From positions 110,424,001-110,488,000 of the forward strand of contig CM059431.1 in assembly GCA_030390025.1 (NCBI GenBank): a stretch of DNA of 64,000 bases, read 5' to 3'. Position numbers and translations under genes: made by a program. Each line of letters opens with the position of its first letter. Within the stretch, counting starts at the first letter, position 1. Origin of the DNA: Squalus acanthias (taxonomy: Eukaryota). Shown piece after piece: positions 11,055 through 24,565 of the stretch. Under the pieces are notes generated by a model that saw nothing but the letters and a program-made list of their open reading frames with translations, was not told the origin of the DNA and searched no databases.

Positions 11055-13228
11055 TCAGAATTGTATGTAGTACTCCAAGTGTGGTCTAACGAAGGATCGA
11101 TACAAGTTTAGCATAACTTCACTACTTTTCAATTCTATCCCTCTAGAAATAAACCCTAGTGTCTGGATTGCTTTTTTTTATGGCCTTGTTAACCTGTGTC
11201 ACTACTTTTAGTGATTTGTGTATTTGTACTCCGAGATCCCTTTGTTCCTCTATCCCACCCAGACACGCACCCTCCAAGTAATAAGTGACCTCCCTATTCT
11301 TCCTACCAAAATGTAATACCTCACATTTATTTGTGTTGATTTTCATTTGCCAATTATATGCCCATTCTGTGAGTTTATTAATGTCTTCCTGTAATTTGTT
11401 GCAGTTATCCTCACAATTAACTATCGCCCTCAATTTGGTATCATCCGCATATTTAGAAATTGTGTTTTTGATTCCAAAGTCTAAATCATTAATATATATT
11501 GTGAACAACAGCGGTCCCAACACTGATCCTTGTGGAACACCACTACCCACCTTCTGTCACTGTGAATAGTTACATTTCACCCCTACTTTCTGCTTCCTGT
11601 CTTGAAGCCAGCTAGCTATCATTCTGCTACTTGTCCCCTGACTCCGCATTCTCTGACCTTGTTCATTAGTCTATTATGTGGTACCTTATCGAAGGCCTTT
11701 TGAAAATCTAGATAAATTACATCTACTGCATTACCCTTGTCTATTCTCTCTGTTACCTCTTCAAAAAAATCAATGAGGTTGGTCAAGCAAAACTTTCCTT
11801 TTTGAAATCCATGCTGACTATTCATTATTATATTTTTGGCTTCTAGATGTTCTTCTATTTTCTCCTTTAGTAGGGATTCCATTATTTTTTCCTACCACCG
11901 ATGTTAAGCTGTTAAGTTGACTAGTCTATAGTTCCCTGGACATGTTCTATTTCCCTTCTTAAATATAGGTAATATGTTAGCTATCCGCCAGTCCTCTGGC
12001 ACTACATCTGTTTTCTAATGAATTATTAATTATGTGTAGTACTGCCTCTGCTATCACTTCCCTAGATCCTTCTAAAATGCGTGGATGTAATCCATCCGGA
12101 CCAGGGATTTTTTTCCTCTTTGAGTTTGATTATTTAGTTTGATTAGTTTATTTAATATATCTCCCCTTTTTATTTTAAATGCAATTATTTCATTACTAAT
12201 CTCGTGATCCAATGTCATGTCCACCTGTTCTATCTCCCTGGTAAATACTGAGGCAAAGTAATTATTTAATATTTCTGCCATCTCTCTATCACTGCCTGTG
12301 GTATTATCCTATCCATCCCTTAGTGGTCCTATTCCCTTACCAACCTTCCTTTTTTTTATTGATGTGCCTGTAAAATATTTTACTATTTTGTTTTATGTTC
12401 CTTGATAATTTCATTTCATAGTTCTGCTTTGCCTTCCTAATTGTTTTTTTGACTTCTTTCCTAATCTCTTCGTATTCTCCCTTATCTTGCCCTCCCCTGC
12501 TGTCCATGTACTTAATGTATGCCTCTTTCCTTACCCTCAATTTTTCCCTTATGGCTTTATTCATCCATGGAGTCTCATTAGTAATTAGCTTGTTCTTGTT
12601 TTTTAGGGGAATATATTTTTCCTGGACTCTGTTGAACACTGTTTTAAATGTTCCCCATTGCTGTTTTACGCCACTGTTTGCCAATATCGTCCATTTTATT
12701 TTCCCAAGTTCGATTCTCAGCCCCTCAAAATCAGCTTTTCTCCAATCTATTAACCTGGTGTTCGTCATACTTATGTCCTTCTCAATTATTATTTTAAAGC
12801 GTATTATATTATGGTCACTATTGCCTAGATGTTCCCCTACTTTTACTTCTCTTATCTGCTCTGGTTCATTCCCCATTACTAGATCCAATAGCGAATCCTC
12901 CTTTGTTAGACTTTTTACATATTGGGTTAGAATAGAGTCCTGTACACATTGTAGGAACTCCATTCCCTTATCCCCTTTACCTACTTCTTCTGCCCAATTA
13001 ATATCAGGGTAGTTGGAATCTCCCATGATTATTATTCTATGTTTTTTACTAATTTCCCTAATTTGTTTGCAAATTTCTTCCTCCACTTCGTTTCCACAAT
13101 TAGGTGGCCTGCAGACTACATCTATTAATGTGATTGGTCCTTTATTATCTTTAATCTCTATCCGCATAATTTCTATTTCGGTCTTGCTGATAGCTGCATC
13201 ACTTTTTTCTACTGCCATTATGTTATCC
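11055..13228 (-). mobile_element. CR1 LINE fragment (endonuclease part plus RT), same subfamily as 500-2255
   Basis: VCRPP, IMGDSN, LGNSDHN endonuclease motifs; QHGF and YADD RT motifs. Near-identical translations to 571-1863 in opposite orientation. Confidence 0.95.
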
Positions 13229-13722
13229 TGAATCGGGGGCAGAACGGTGGGGATTGGTGGGGAGGGAGCGGTGGCAATCGAGGGGGAGGGGGAGCATTGG
13301 CGGGCAGCAGTTCGCGTTTTTTGAATGGGGGGTCGGGAGGAACACTCCTGATTCTCCCGATTCCACATTCAGGTAAGTATATGTTAAAATCTTACCTTGT
13401 CGGCTGCGGCCTGCAACGGTTCCTTTAAGGGCCACCCGTTGGACCGCATGTCGACCTGGTTTTCCTGAGTGCAACTGGCGCCTGCTGCCTCAGGGCAAAC
13501 CAATCTTGTGGTGGGGGCCTCAAACAGGCACTAGGCCCCTTATTTGCATATAAAAAGGACCTAATGCCTGTTTCAGGCGTGGGCAATGCACGCCGATTTT
13601 TTTGGCCTTTACCGACATAGTGTGTACCATAATGAGCGTGCGCTTCCTGCCCGCCATAATGGAGTCTTAGGATGGCGTTTAGCGCCCGAAAAATGGGGGC
13701 TGCACAGCCGAATTTCTAGGCC
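13229..13722. mobile_element. Harbinger-type non-autonomous element, one end
   Basis: Ends AGCCGAATTTCTAGGCC, the reverse of the GGCTAGAAATTCGGCT end at 28447. The other end is lost at the CR1 junction. Confidence 0.65.
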
Positions 13723-14446
13723 TTCATCTTGGTGTGTGGCCTTTGAAAAGCCAAGATGTCTGATGTAATTCTGTATCGCCTATTTGTCTGTATGTTGCTG
13801 CATTTTTACTTTACTGAAAACAAAACTTCTGAAGAATTTTTTTAAATATTACTTCCGAGCAACTTTAAGCACTGGCGTTTGTTACACTCAAAGATTAACT
13901 CCACATTGATTTGGCAAATACTGCAAGCCTTGGATGAAAAAATGTGCACAGCTAGAGCTTTGCCCTCTGCTTGTCTCCTCATGTGTTTCTTTAAGTTATA
14001 TTTTTGCTGTTTATAGCTCTTTTTATTCTCTATTGTTTTCGTCAACACAATCGTCTTTAGCTGCAAGACCAGTTGAATGGGTCACAGGCTTCTGCATGAC
14101 TTCCAGTGCCAATGTTGCTTTGTGCTGGGTTACTGGGGCGAGACGGCCTATCCCGGTTACCCCTTGCCACCCAGAGCAAGACATTTGTTTGCGGCAAAGC
14201 ATCATTCCCAGTGTTGCAGCTGAGATCTGCCCAAAGCAGACCCGACAAATTCGATTATCCACTGTAGGGAACTGAAGTGACTTATTTATTGTTATTTTTC
14301 TGGTCTGTACACATATGTTTGGTGGGATAAATTAATAGAAGCAGAACTAGGTATAAGCTGTTCAGTTTGAAAGAACTGGGACCCTGAACCTCCACAGGGC
14401 CATTTACGCCAATGTTGCTGTTCTGAGCTGGGACGTCTCCCTGCCA

Positions 14447-15077
14447 TAAATAGAGGTATTGAGTACAAAAGTAGAGAAGTTATGCTGAACCTTTATAAAG
14501 CGCTGGTTAGGCCACAACTGGAGGATTGCGTCCAGTTCTGGTCACCACACTTTAGGAAGGATGTGAAGGTCCTTGAGGGGGTGCAGAGGAGATTTACCAG
14601 AATGGTGCCGGGGATGGTGGATCTTAGCTACAAGGACAGGTTGGAGAAGCTGGATTTGTTTTCATTAGAGCAAAGGAGGTTGCGGGGTGATTTGATAGAG
14701 GTGTACAAGATTATGACGTGTTTGGATAGGCTAGACGGGGAAAGGCTGTTCCCACTAGTTGATGGTACAAAGACTAGGGGACACAGATTTAAGGTTTTGG
14801 GCAAGAGATACAGGGGGGGATGTGAGGAAAAACTTTTTTACGCAGCGAGTGGTGAGGACCTGGAACTCGCTGCCGACGGATGTGGTGGAAGCGGATACAC
14901 TCAATGTTTTCAAGGGGAGACTGGATAGGCACTTGAGGGAAATAGACTTGCAGGGCTACGGGGATAGGGCGGGGGAATGGGACTGACTGGATTGCTCTAC
15001 AGAGAGCCGGCACGGACTCGATGGGCCGAATGACCTCCTTCTGTGCCGTATGACTTTATGACTCTATGATTCTATGA
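14447..15077 (+). mobile_element. CR1 LINE 3' fragment
   Basis: LVRPQLEDCVQFWSP, RRLRGDLIE; ATTCTATG-type tail. Confidence 0.95.
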
Positions 15078-15419
15078 CACTGTTGCCAACCCCGATCCTG
15101 TTGTATATTGTGGGGTCAGCTTGTCTTAATATCCATTGGTGATTGAGTAATGCAACTGCTGTGAAACGTGGGAGTAGTGTGCTGGGCGGGGAGGGGAGGG
15201 GGCCTTGGAAATTAGAAGCGCAGCCTTTAAAAAGGCCACGAATGGCTGAAGTTTGCAGCAGCAGGCCAGGGGAGCAACAGGTAAGCAGGAGAGTGTTTGA
15301 CATGGTGTGTTGGCTGTAACATAGCTATAATGGATGACTCATGTGTGATTTTGTTTCACTTTTTAATCAGGCCTTCAAGTGAAGGACTTGGCAGCAACAG
15401 CCAAAAATAAAAGAGAGTG

Positions 15420-15660
15420 GAACATTGTAAGGAGGCAGAAAAGAGGAGCACATCATTTCAATGAGATCGACCATCAAACGTTCCTTTATAAGATACAACA
15501 AAGTAGAGCAAGACTGCTGGGCGCCCATGAGAGGACACCACAGGGAAATATCTCACATGCCATATTGGTGGAGGTGGCAGTGGCACTGAGTGGCCCCTCT
15601 CTAACTCACAAAACTGCAGACTATTGCCGGAAAAAGTTCAATGGTAGGCAAGGTAACGGA
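15420..15660 (+). pseudogene. Harbinger Myb/SANT-like gene remnant
   Basis: KRGAHHFNE..LVEVAVALS..KTADYCRKKFN matches the trihelix pattern of the 53757 exon (..WREVAQSVS..QCRKKFNDL). Confidence 0.6.
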
Positions 15661-15694
15661 CCAGCCGCAGTACCTTTTTTTCCTTGGGCACCAT

Positions 15695-15895
15695 GAAAGA
15701 AAGAAAGACTTGCATTCAGATAGCGCCTTTCACGACCACTGGACGTCTCAAAGCGCTTTACAGCCAATGAAGTATTTTTTTGGAGTGTAGTCACTGTTGT
15801 AATGTGGGAAACGCGGCAGCCAATTTGCGCACAGCAAGCTCCCACAAACAGCAATGTGGTAATGACCAGATAATCTGTTTTTGTTATATTGATTG
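15695..15895 (-). mobile_element. SacSINE1-like SINE 3' half
   Basis: Near-identical to 24115-24300; L2-type tail. Confidence 0.85.
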
Positions 15896-16089
15896 GCACC
15901 AACTCACTGGTCACTGTCTAAAATAAACAGCTGCACAATTAACCGTTCAGACTGAACTGTGGTTAAGGAGGTCGCTAACTCAGATACTTACAATATATGT
16001 CACCATCTCCCCTAACAGCAATTACCTGCATGCAGAATTTTACAACTCCTTCCTCCACAGGGTGATATCAACAATCCTATTACATCATA

Positions 16090-16464
16090 GATACTGAGGG
16101 GGTTTGACAGGGTAGATGCTGAGAGGTTGTTTCCCCTGGCTAGAGAATCCAGAACTAGGTGGCATTGTCTCAGGATAAGGGGTCAGCTTTTTATGACTGA
16201 GATGAGGAGGAATTTCTTCACTCAGTGGGTTGTGAATCTTTGGAATTCTCTACCCCAAAGGGCTGTGGATGCTCAGTCGTTGAGTATATTCAAGGCTGAG
16301 ATCGATAGATTTTTGGAATCTGGAGGAATCAAGGGATATAGGGATTGGGCAGGAAAGTGGAGTTGAGGTCAAAGATCAGCCATGATCTTATTGAATGGCA
16401 GAGCAGGCTTGAAGAGCCGTATGGCCTACTCCTGCTCCTATTTCTTATGTTCTTATGTTCTTAT
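16090..16464 (+). mobile_element. CR1 LINE 3' fragment
   Basis: RRNFFTQWVVNLWNSLP; (TTCTTATG)n tail. Confidence 0.9.
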
Positions 16465-16896
16465 CAACTGTCCGATACTACCTGGGAGACATCCCTCAAA
16501 TGCTAGCCCTTACTCAATCTTGCTACTTGCCCACAATGCCTGTGAAAGGTAAGCGACCAGAGGGACCATTCCAAACATCAGAAAGCTGAGCAACCTGAGC
16601 TGCTGAGGAGGCACTTTGCTCCAGCCATGCGAGATGGCAAGATGGGTGCATACCATTTTACGTTTGTCATGTTTATTTCTAGTGTATTAAAGATATGCGA
16701 TGTGAATGATTCAATGCATTGACTTATGTGTACTTAGAATTGGAATTGGCACAGTGAGGGGGGAGGGCGCCTTTCATCTGCAGTGATGGTGGGGAGAGTG
16801 ATAGGAATGAATAGTTCATTGTACAGACGCTGTATTGTGTGGAATGGAGGTCCTGCCAACCCTCATGTGCCAGCCACATGTATGTACAGCGTAAAG

Positions 16897-19486
16897 TTAC
16901 GCGAATCTGGCATGGATTAGTCCATCCCTTGCCTGACGGCCAGCAATGAGGTCGCGTGCTGGTAGCACTGGGACAGCCGTCTCCACAAGATGTTCCTCAT
17001 CTGCAGCCTCATTCGGCTCTTCCTCCTCCTCCTCCTCCTCTGTAGATTTCAAAAAAACCCTGTACAATAGCAAAATGCTGGAAGCCTGTTTGGCCCAGTG
17101 GTAAGGGCATGATACAGTTAAACCTAGAAGCACAGACACACCTGTGAGTTTTAATTTAACTTTGGAAAAGACATTTACTTTGGACAATGAGCGTCTCGAT
17201 AGGTGATTTAACGGTGAATAGGTGATTTAACTTTGGATAATGAGACTTTGTGTTTTAACGGGTTTCGATGGATCTTCAATGGATAAGACAACGATACCAG
17301 TTTCGCTGGAACAATGGACTTCCTGGCCTCAATGGAAAACACTTTAACCTTGGGCAAAACACATCAGTAGTAAGACTAAATCACATTAAATATGTACCAC
17401 AGTGGGGGAGGTGGGGGGGAGACAAGATAAGGAAATGTCTTCCATCCCTTAGCCCTGTACATATCCTGTGGTTTGGATTACTAGGTGTGTATTGGAAAAC
17501 AAGAGTTGGGGGAAGGCCCAGACTCGAAAAGGCATGACGGAAGAGCTGTAAAAAGGAACCACACCACAGCTCTCTCTCTCTCAGAAACTAGCTCTGACTA
17601 CAGCAACTGCCAGGTGTAAGAAGGAAGGGAAGACGGTCATCTCCAGCTCCCAGCCTGCAATCGACGTCGGCCACGACCAGCCGTATGGGTGATTGTAAGT
17701 TTCAGCCAAATCTCAACAGGTTTTTGTCTGTGTTTTGTTGGTTTTAATAAAGTAACAGTTTTGGGTTGAACCTAAACCTTTGTTCCTGTAAAACCCAGAG
17801 TCAAAGAACCCTTGTAAGGACGAGGAAACCAACCACCTTACACCTCTGAGGAGGAGGATGTGCGCTCTGCCACTTGTTCCTCAGGCAGCGGTAAGCCACG
17901 CTGTAGTGCGATGTTGTGCAGGGTGCAGCAGACCACGACGATTCTGGACACCCTGGCTGGTGCATACTGAAGGGCTCCACCAGATCTGTCCAGGCATCTG
18001 AAGTGCATTTTGAGCAAGCCGATGGTTTGCTCTATGATGCTTCTGGTGGAAATGTGGCTCTCATTGTAACGCTCCTCAGCTTCGTTTGATGGCCTCCTCA
18101 TCGGTGTCATTAGTCACGTTTTCAGGGGATAGCCGTTGTCTCCAAGGAGCCATCTGGAAAGTTGGGTTGGTGGATTGAAGAGCTGAGGCACAGTGGACTG
18201 CCACAGGATGTACGAGTCATGGCAGCTGCCAGGGAACTTTGCGTACACATGCATAATGTTCTTCTTGTGGTTACACACCAGCTGCACGTTAAGGGAGTGG
18301 AAGCCCTTGCGGTTCACAAATACAGCTGGGTAGTGATGAGGTGCCCTGATGGCCACATGTGTTCAGTCGATGACGCCCTGCACCCTTGGGAAGCCTGCCA
18401 TATTGGCAAACCCAACCGCCTGCGTGGTAACACTTGCTTCATCCGTTGAGAAGTGGATGTAATTGGCTGACTTATCAAACAGGGCATCGGTAACCTGCTT
18501 TATGCATCTGTGTGCAGCCGACTGGGAGATGCCGCTGATGTCTGCAGCTGATCCCTGGAAGGACCCTGACGCGAAGAAATTGAGGGCGGTGGTGACTTTG
18601 ACAGCCACTGGTAAGGAGTGTCCACCCGCTCCTCTAGGCTGCAGGTCTTGGTGTAGCATTGTGCAGATGTCAGCGACTACCTCTCGCGAAAGTCTCAGCC
18701 TCCTTTGGCACTGCTGCTCAGCCATGTTGAGGAAGCTCATCCTCTGCCTGTAAATCCCGTGTTGGGGGCATCTCCTGCGGCGGGGTGCAGCCCTGCGCTG
18801 ACAGCCTCTGCCCAGTGCAGCATCAGGTGGCTCAGGAGAAGGTTGGCGCTCTTGTCGTCGGTGCTGCTGGTGTGCCTGGTTCTGCTGCTGCCGCGGCTGC
18901 TCGTCCTTCAAATCAGGGCCATGATGAGAGAGTATCAATGGTTCCCATTCTGCTGGTAAAAATCTCACTTGAGGATGAAATGTTATAAGCGGTCAGTGGA
19001 GAGAGGTTATTCCAAGGAGGTCACTGTGTATATAATCTTAACACACACTTACAACCTCAAAACACCTGAACAATGTCTTCAACATCTTGCAATCAGAAAC
19101 TTCTGGCTTTTGAAATTCAGCTAAAGTGTCAGGTTAGCTTTAATGCTGCACTTGCAGCTGTGAACTATTCAGCTTGTTGGAACACCCGACACACTCAGCT
19201 GCTGTGTTCTTGAAACGCCGTGGAACACGCTGAAAATGTTGCAAAATTGAAAAGCCCTCTCAAAATAGGATTAACTCAAAGCCCTCTCAAAATAGGCTGT
19301 TAACTACCTTAACTTGCCTCTCCCGCCGCTTGGTGTCGGGTCTGATCAGGAGGCACAGACCCAACACCTTGGAAAGTCACGTGGAGGTGGGTTCGTGGCG
19401 GGTTCGCAATCCGCCGTCAATCATCTTGGATTTAACTCCGGACCCGCCTCCAAACCCGCCCTCTGAGCACTGGCAAAATCGTGGCC
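16897..19486 (-). mobile_element. Harbinger element with transposase pseudogene (two in-frame stops, LTR insertion)
   Basis: Consecutive in-frame ORFs 18968-18363, 18356-18114 and 18110-17838, plus 17040-16897. They give [53 protein letters not shown], acidic tract and RDGLIHARF. Right end AAAATCGTGGCC. Confidence 0.9.
17041..17842 (+). mobile_element. Solo LTR (802 bp)
   Basis: TGTAG...CCTTACA termini, 4-bp TSD CCTC (17037-17040, 17843-17846), AATAAA at 17746. Interrupts the transposase acidic tract. Confidence 0.85.
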
Positions 19487-21230
19487 TTTGTGTGTAGAAG
19501 TGTTTCCTAATTTCACTCCTGAAAGGTCTGGCTCTAATTTTAGTCTTAGGGGGAAAAATTGAGTTGCGCCCACTTTGGGGTGCTAACTTCACCGGGGGCG
19601 CTACTTTTAGCGGCCTGAAAAAATTAGCGCCCCCGCGGCCAAAATTCATCGGTAGCGCCCCAAGAGGGAAGCGGGGCACTAACGGTTACCGCCGCCGCTA
19701 ACCTCCCGCTGAATTTCGCGGGAGGCGTTGGTGGCACCGCACCCGGGTGCTAGTTGCTTTGCGCCCCATTAGCGCCCTCTTAGGGCGGTAACGGGAGGTG
19801 CAAAGCAACCACATTTTTCCCACTTAGAATCTCCAACCAGTGGAAATAGTTTCTCTCTCTCTATCCTATCTGTTCCCCTTAATATCTTGAAAACTTCGAT
19901 CAGATCACCCCTTAACCTTCTAAATTCTAGGGAATACAGCCCTAATTTGTGTAATCGCTCCTCGTAACTTAACTCTTGAACTCCAGGGTATCATTCTGCT
20001 AAACTTACGCTGCACTCCCTCCAAGACCAATATATCCTTCCTAAGGTGTGGTGCCCAGAACTGCTCACAGTACTCCAGGTGTGGTCTAACCAGGGTTTTG
20101 TATAGCTGCAGAATAACCTCTACCCCCTTGTATTCTAGTCCTCTAGATATAAAGGCCAGCGTCCCATTAGCCTTTTTGATTATTTTCTGTACCTGTCCAT
20201 GACATTTTAATGATCTATGTACCTGAACCCCCAAGTTTCTTTGGACCTCCACTGTTTTTAGTCTTTCACCATTTAGAAAGTACCCTGTTCTATCCTTTTT
20301 AGGTCCAAAGTGGATGACCTCACATTTGCCTACATTGAAATCTATTTGCCACAGTTTTGCCCATTCACTTAATTTGTCGATATCCCTTTGTAATTTTATG
20401 CTTCATCTACTCTGCCTACAATTCCACCTATCTTTGTGTCATCGGCAAATTTGGATATATGACTTTCTATGTCATCATCCAAGTCGTTAATAAATACTGC
20501 GAATAGTTGAGGCACTAACACAGATCCCTGCAGGACACCACTAGTCACAACCTGCCAATGAGAGTACCTGCCCATTATCCCTACTCTCTGTCTCCTGCCG
20601 CTCAGCCAATTTCCTAACCAGGTCAATAATTTGCCTTCAATTCCGTGGGCTTCTACCTTAGTTAAGAGTCTCTTACGTGGGACTTTATCAAATGCCTTCT
20701 GGAAACCCATATAAATAACATCCATAGACATTCCCCTGTCCACTACTTTAGTCACCTCCTCAAAAAATTCAATCAGGTTGGTCAGGCATGACCTACCTTT
20801 CACAAATCCATGCTGGCTCTCTCTGATCAACTGAAAATTTTCGAGGTGTTCTGTCACCCTGTCCTTAATTATAGACTCTAGCAATTTCCCGACAACAGAT
20901 GTTAGGCTAACTGGTGTATAATTCCCTGGTTTCCCTCTCTTGCCATTCTTAAATAGCGAAGTGACATGCGCAATTTTCCAATTTAAGGGAACGGTTCCTG
21001 AATCGAGAGAACTTTGGAAGATTATAGTTAGGGCATCTGCAATGTACTCACTTTCCTTTAAATCCCTGGGATAGAAACCATCTGGTCCTGGGGATTTGTC
21101 ACTCTTTAGTGTCATTATTTTCTTCACTACTGTTATTTTACTTGCATTAATTTTATTGAGTCCCTGTCACTGATTTAGTTTCGTGGGATGTCTTGCATGC
21201 TATCCTCTTCCTCTGCTGTAAATTGCTATC
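19487..21230 (-). mobile_element. CR1 LINE fragment (RT)
   Basis: KSPGPDG, QHGF, FADDTK and LVRPHLEYC motifs in ORFs 20396-21127 and 19920-20252. Confidence 0.95.
19549..19823. mobile_element. Harbinger MITE (275 bp) related to the 49793-54115 element
   Basis: TTA TSD (19546-19548, 19824-19826). Left end GGGGGAAAAATTGAGTTGCGCCC. Both halves resemble the subterminal regions of the full element. Inserted in CR1. Confidence 0.9.
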
Positions 21231-22077
21231 CTCTTCCTCTACTATAAATTGACAGGCCATCCACACGGCCCATGAAAAAGCAATCGCTGGCGCAGAGTTG
21301 GGCTATTGGCCCACCGACTGGCCAGCAATTGCGCACAGAAATGTTACGGTTGATGCAAACTGGTGCAGGGCCTGTTTGCATCAGTGTAAGGGGATACCTC
21401 AGGCATGACTTAAACATTTTCATATTGGAAATTATACACATACACTGTATCAAATGAGTTTCTGAAAATACTGCCCGGACTAGAGTTTTAATGATATCGA
21501 AAATTATCAAAAATTGCAATTTTTAGTGAGGTTGCTGGAATGAAGGTAATTACGAATTAAATTTCAGTTCTATAAATTGTATTAGATCAGATTTCGGGAT
21601 TCTATTAAATCTCATTACGGGATTCCCTTCGGAAATGATTAAAATTGAATTCTGTTTTGTGATTGGAGGACCAGGCCCATGTGAACCCAGGTAGGCTTCT
21701 GCACTGCCTCTGACCCCGGGATCTGTGGGCCATTACGCTGCCCTCCACCTCGAAGCCTCAGACCGCAAGTTTTTGCCGCCTCGCCGCCATCAGATAGGTG
21801 CGTATTCCTTTCACAGATCAGAGGCGTACTCAAGAGGTACGCCTCCAACCGCAATTTTTGGCTCCATTGTACTTTGCATTAGACATTAAACTGAGGCACC
21901 ATCTGCCTATTCAGGTATGTTAAAGATCTTTTGGAAAAGTTCAAAAAAGGATGTAGGTTTCTTCCAGTGTCCCGGTCAACAATCCACCATCAAAATCACT
22001 AAACAAACGCAAATAACAGACAGGAAAAGACCCACTGGTCTATCGATCCTGTCCCATATAGTTGTGATGCCTAGTCC

Positions 22078-22952
22078 ATCACAATGTTCAGTGCCATTCA
22101 CAACTCCTCAGATAATAAAGCATTCCATGCCCGCATGCAACAAGACGTGGACAACGTTCAGGCTTGGGCTGATAAGTGGCAGGTAACATTCACGCCACAC
22201 ACATGCCAGGCAATGACTATCTCTAACAAGAGAGAGTCTAACCACCGCCCCTTGACATTCAACGGCATTACCATCGTCGAAGACCCCACCATCAACATCC
22301 TGGGGGGTCACCATTGACCAGAAACTTAACTGGACCAGCCATATAAATACTCTGGCAACAAGAGCAGGTCAGAGGCTAGGCATTCTGCGGTGAGTGTCTC
22401 ACCTCCTGACTCCCCAAAGCCTTTCCACCATCTACAAGGCACAAGTAAGGAGTGTGATGGAATACTCTCCACTTGCCTGAATGAGTGCAGCTCCAACAAC
22501 ACTCAAGAAGCTCGACACCATCCAGGACAAAGCAGCCCGCTTGATTGCAACTCCATCCACCACCTTAAACATTCACTCCCTCCACCACTGGCGTACCTTG
22601 GCTAAGTGTGTCCCATCTACAAGATGCACTGCAGCAACTCACCAAGGCTTCTTCGGCAGCACCTCCCAAACCCGCGACCTCTTCCACCTAGAAGGACAAG
22701 GGCAGCAGGCTCATGGGAACACCACCACCTCCAAGTCACACACCATCCTGACGTGGAAGTATATCGCCGATCCTTCATCGTCGCTGGGTCAAAATCCTGG
22801 AACTCCCTCCCTAACAGTGCTGTGGGAGCACCTTCACCACACAGACTGCAGTGGTTCAAGAAGGCGGCTCACCACCACCTTCTCAAGGGCAAATAGGGAT
22901 GGGCAGTTAATGCTGTGACGCCCACATCCCATGAACGAATAATAAAAAAATA
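22078..22952 (+). mobile_element. Second non-LTR family (CR1/L2-group LINE) 3' fragment
   Basis: AWADKWQVTF, LNWTSHIN, AAPTTLKKLDTIQDKAARLI and SKSWNSLP; A-rich tail. Confidence 0.85.
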
Positions 22953-22954
22953 AA

Positions 22955-23570
22955 CATTCCCCACCCACCCGGAGTTGTGTAATCTCTTAGGAGAGTTAAA
23001 AAATCAGATAAAAATCCAGACCAATTGAGGAAAAGAATCTGGAAAATTCCTCTCCAATCACTGTAGGTGATCAAAACTGGTCCAGGAGATCCCACAGACC
23101 CTAATTAACATTACAGGACACCTACCTCTTCTACGATGTGATCTCCGACCCAGTCAGAAACAGGTCCAGCTCCCTCTTGAAGGAATTCAGCGAATCAACG
23201 TTCACCGCGCGAGCTGGCAGCCTGTTCCACAGTTTCGCTATTCTCTGGGAAAAGAAGAACCGCCTAACATCTAACCTAGAGCTGCCCTTACATAACTTGT
23301 ATGCAGAGCCCTGGTCCTTCCTAACCTATCCAGTTGAAATAATTGATCCACATAAACACAATCTAGTGCCTTCATTATTTTATAAACCTGGATCAAATCG
23401 CCCGTGACTCTATGCTTTTAAAAGTGTACAAACCCAGCTCTTTGAGCCTATCTGGGTAGCTGAGGTGTTTTAAACTGTACCCTTTCCAGAGCCTCAATAT
23501 CCCCCACTATGTGAGGAGACCGAAACGGGACATAGTATTCTAGCTGAGGCCTAACCAAGGCCTCGCACAT
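22955..23570 (-). mobile_element. Divergent CR1 3' fragment
   Basis: EALVRPQLEYYVPFRSP..ALERVQ and a reverse FFFSQRIAKLWNRLP-type region. Confidence 0.75.
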
Positions 23571-24114
23571 GGACAAAACAACCAAAAATACCACTAAAAA
23601 TAAATTAAACTGGTCATTCATCTCACTGCTTTTGGTGGAACATTGCTGCAACAGAATGGTTGGCACTCTGGCTTGTCATAGCAACAGTCAATGCACTAAA
23701 GTAACTCAGTGAAGCACTTTGAGATATTTCAATGATGTAATAAGGCACTATATAAATTCAAACATTATTCTGTATTTCTTATTTTAATAAGAATTGAGAG
23801 AGGAGCAATATGTAATTCTCTGTATCTGGAAAGGATATGGCCTACTGTTTCCAGGTAACAGCTCGTACCAGGTTCTGTTTGAATTTTGGATTATCTTAAT
23901 ATAAACATCAATATTTTACCAGAAAATATTCACTTTCTTGGAATAAGGGAGTACAGCTCGTTCCTTGTTCCGGGTCTGTCCACAGATTTGACCGTTAATA
24001 ACTTCCAGTCTGCGTGAATCCTATTTTATTGTTATGATATACAGATTCTGCAAATGATACGAGAATTAAAGGTGTAGAACTCCCCATTTATCGCAGCCAA
24101 GCTATTGCATATAA

Positions 24115-24565
24115 AAAGAAAGACTTGCATTTATATAGCACCTTTCATGACCACCAGACGTCTCAAAGCGCTTTACAGCCAATGAAGTACTATTTGGAGT
24201 GTAGTCACTGTTGTAATGTGGGAAACGCGGCAGCCAATTTTCGCACAGCAAGGTCCCACAAACAGCAATGTGATAATGACCAGATAATCTGTTTTTTTGT
24301 TAGTTGAGGGGTAAATAATGGCCAGGACACCGGGGATAACTCCCCTGCTCTTCTTCGAAATAGTGCCATGGGATATTTTACGTCCACCTGAGAGAGCAGA
24401 CGGGGCCTCGGTTTAACGTCTCATCCAAAAGACGGCACCTCCGACAGTGCAGCACTCCCTCAGCACTGCACTGGAGAGTCAGCCTAGCATTATGTGCTCA
24501 AGTGCCTGGAGTGAGACTTGAACCCACAACCTCCTGACTCTGAGGCGAGAGTGCTACCCACTGAT
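24115..24565 (-). mobile_element. tRNA-derived SINE (SacSINE1/DeuSINE-like), near full length
   Basis: Head CAGTGGGTAGCACTCTCGCCTCAGAGTCAG..GGGTTCAAGTC on the minus strand (A and B boxes), conserved core, and an L2-like 3' tail matching 10875-10915. Confidence 0.85.

Noticed and set aside
500..13228. Large inverted repeat bounding one composite element
   Set aside because: These are two CR1 copies of one subfamily in opposite orientation with different boundaries and no shared TSD.
12337..13368. 343-aa novel proline-rich protein
   Set aside because: A chance fusion of a GC-rich MITE with a CR1 endonuclease fragment.
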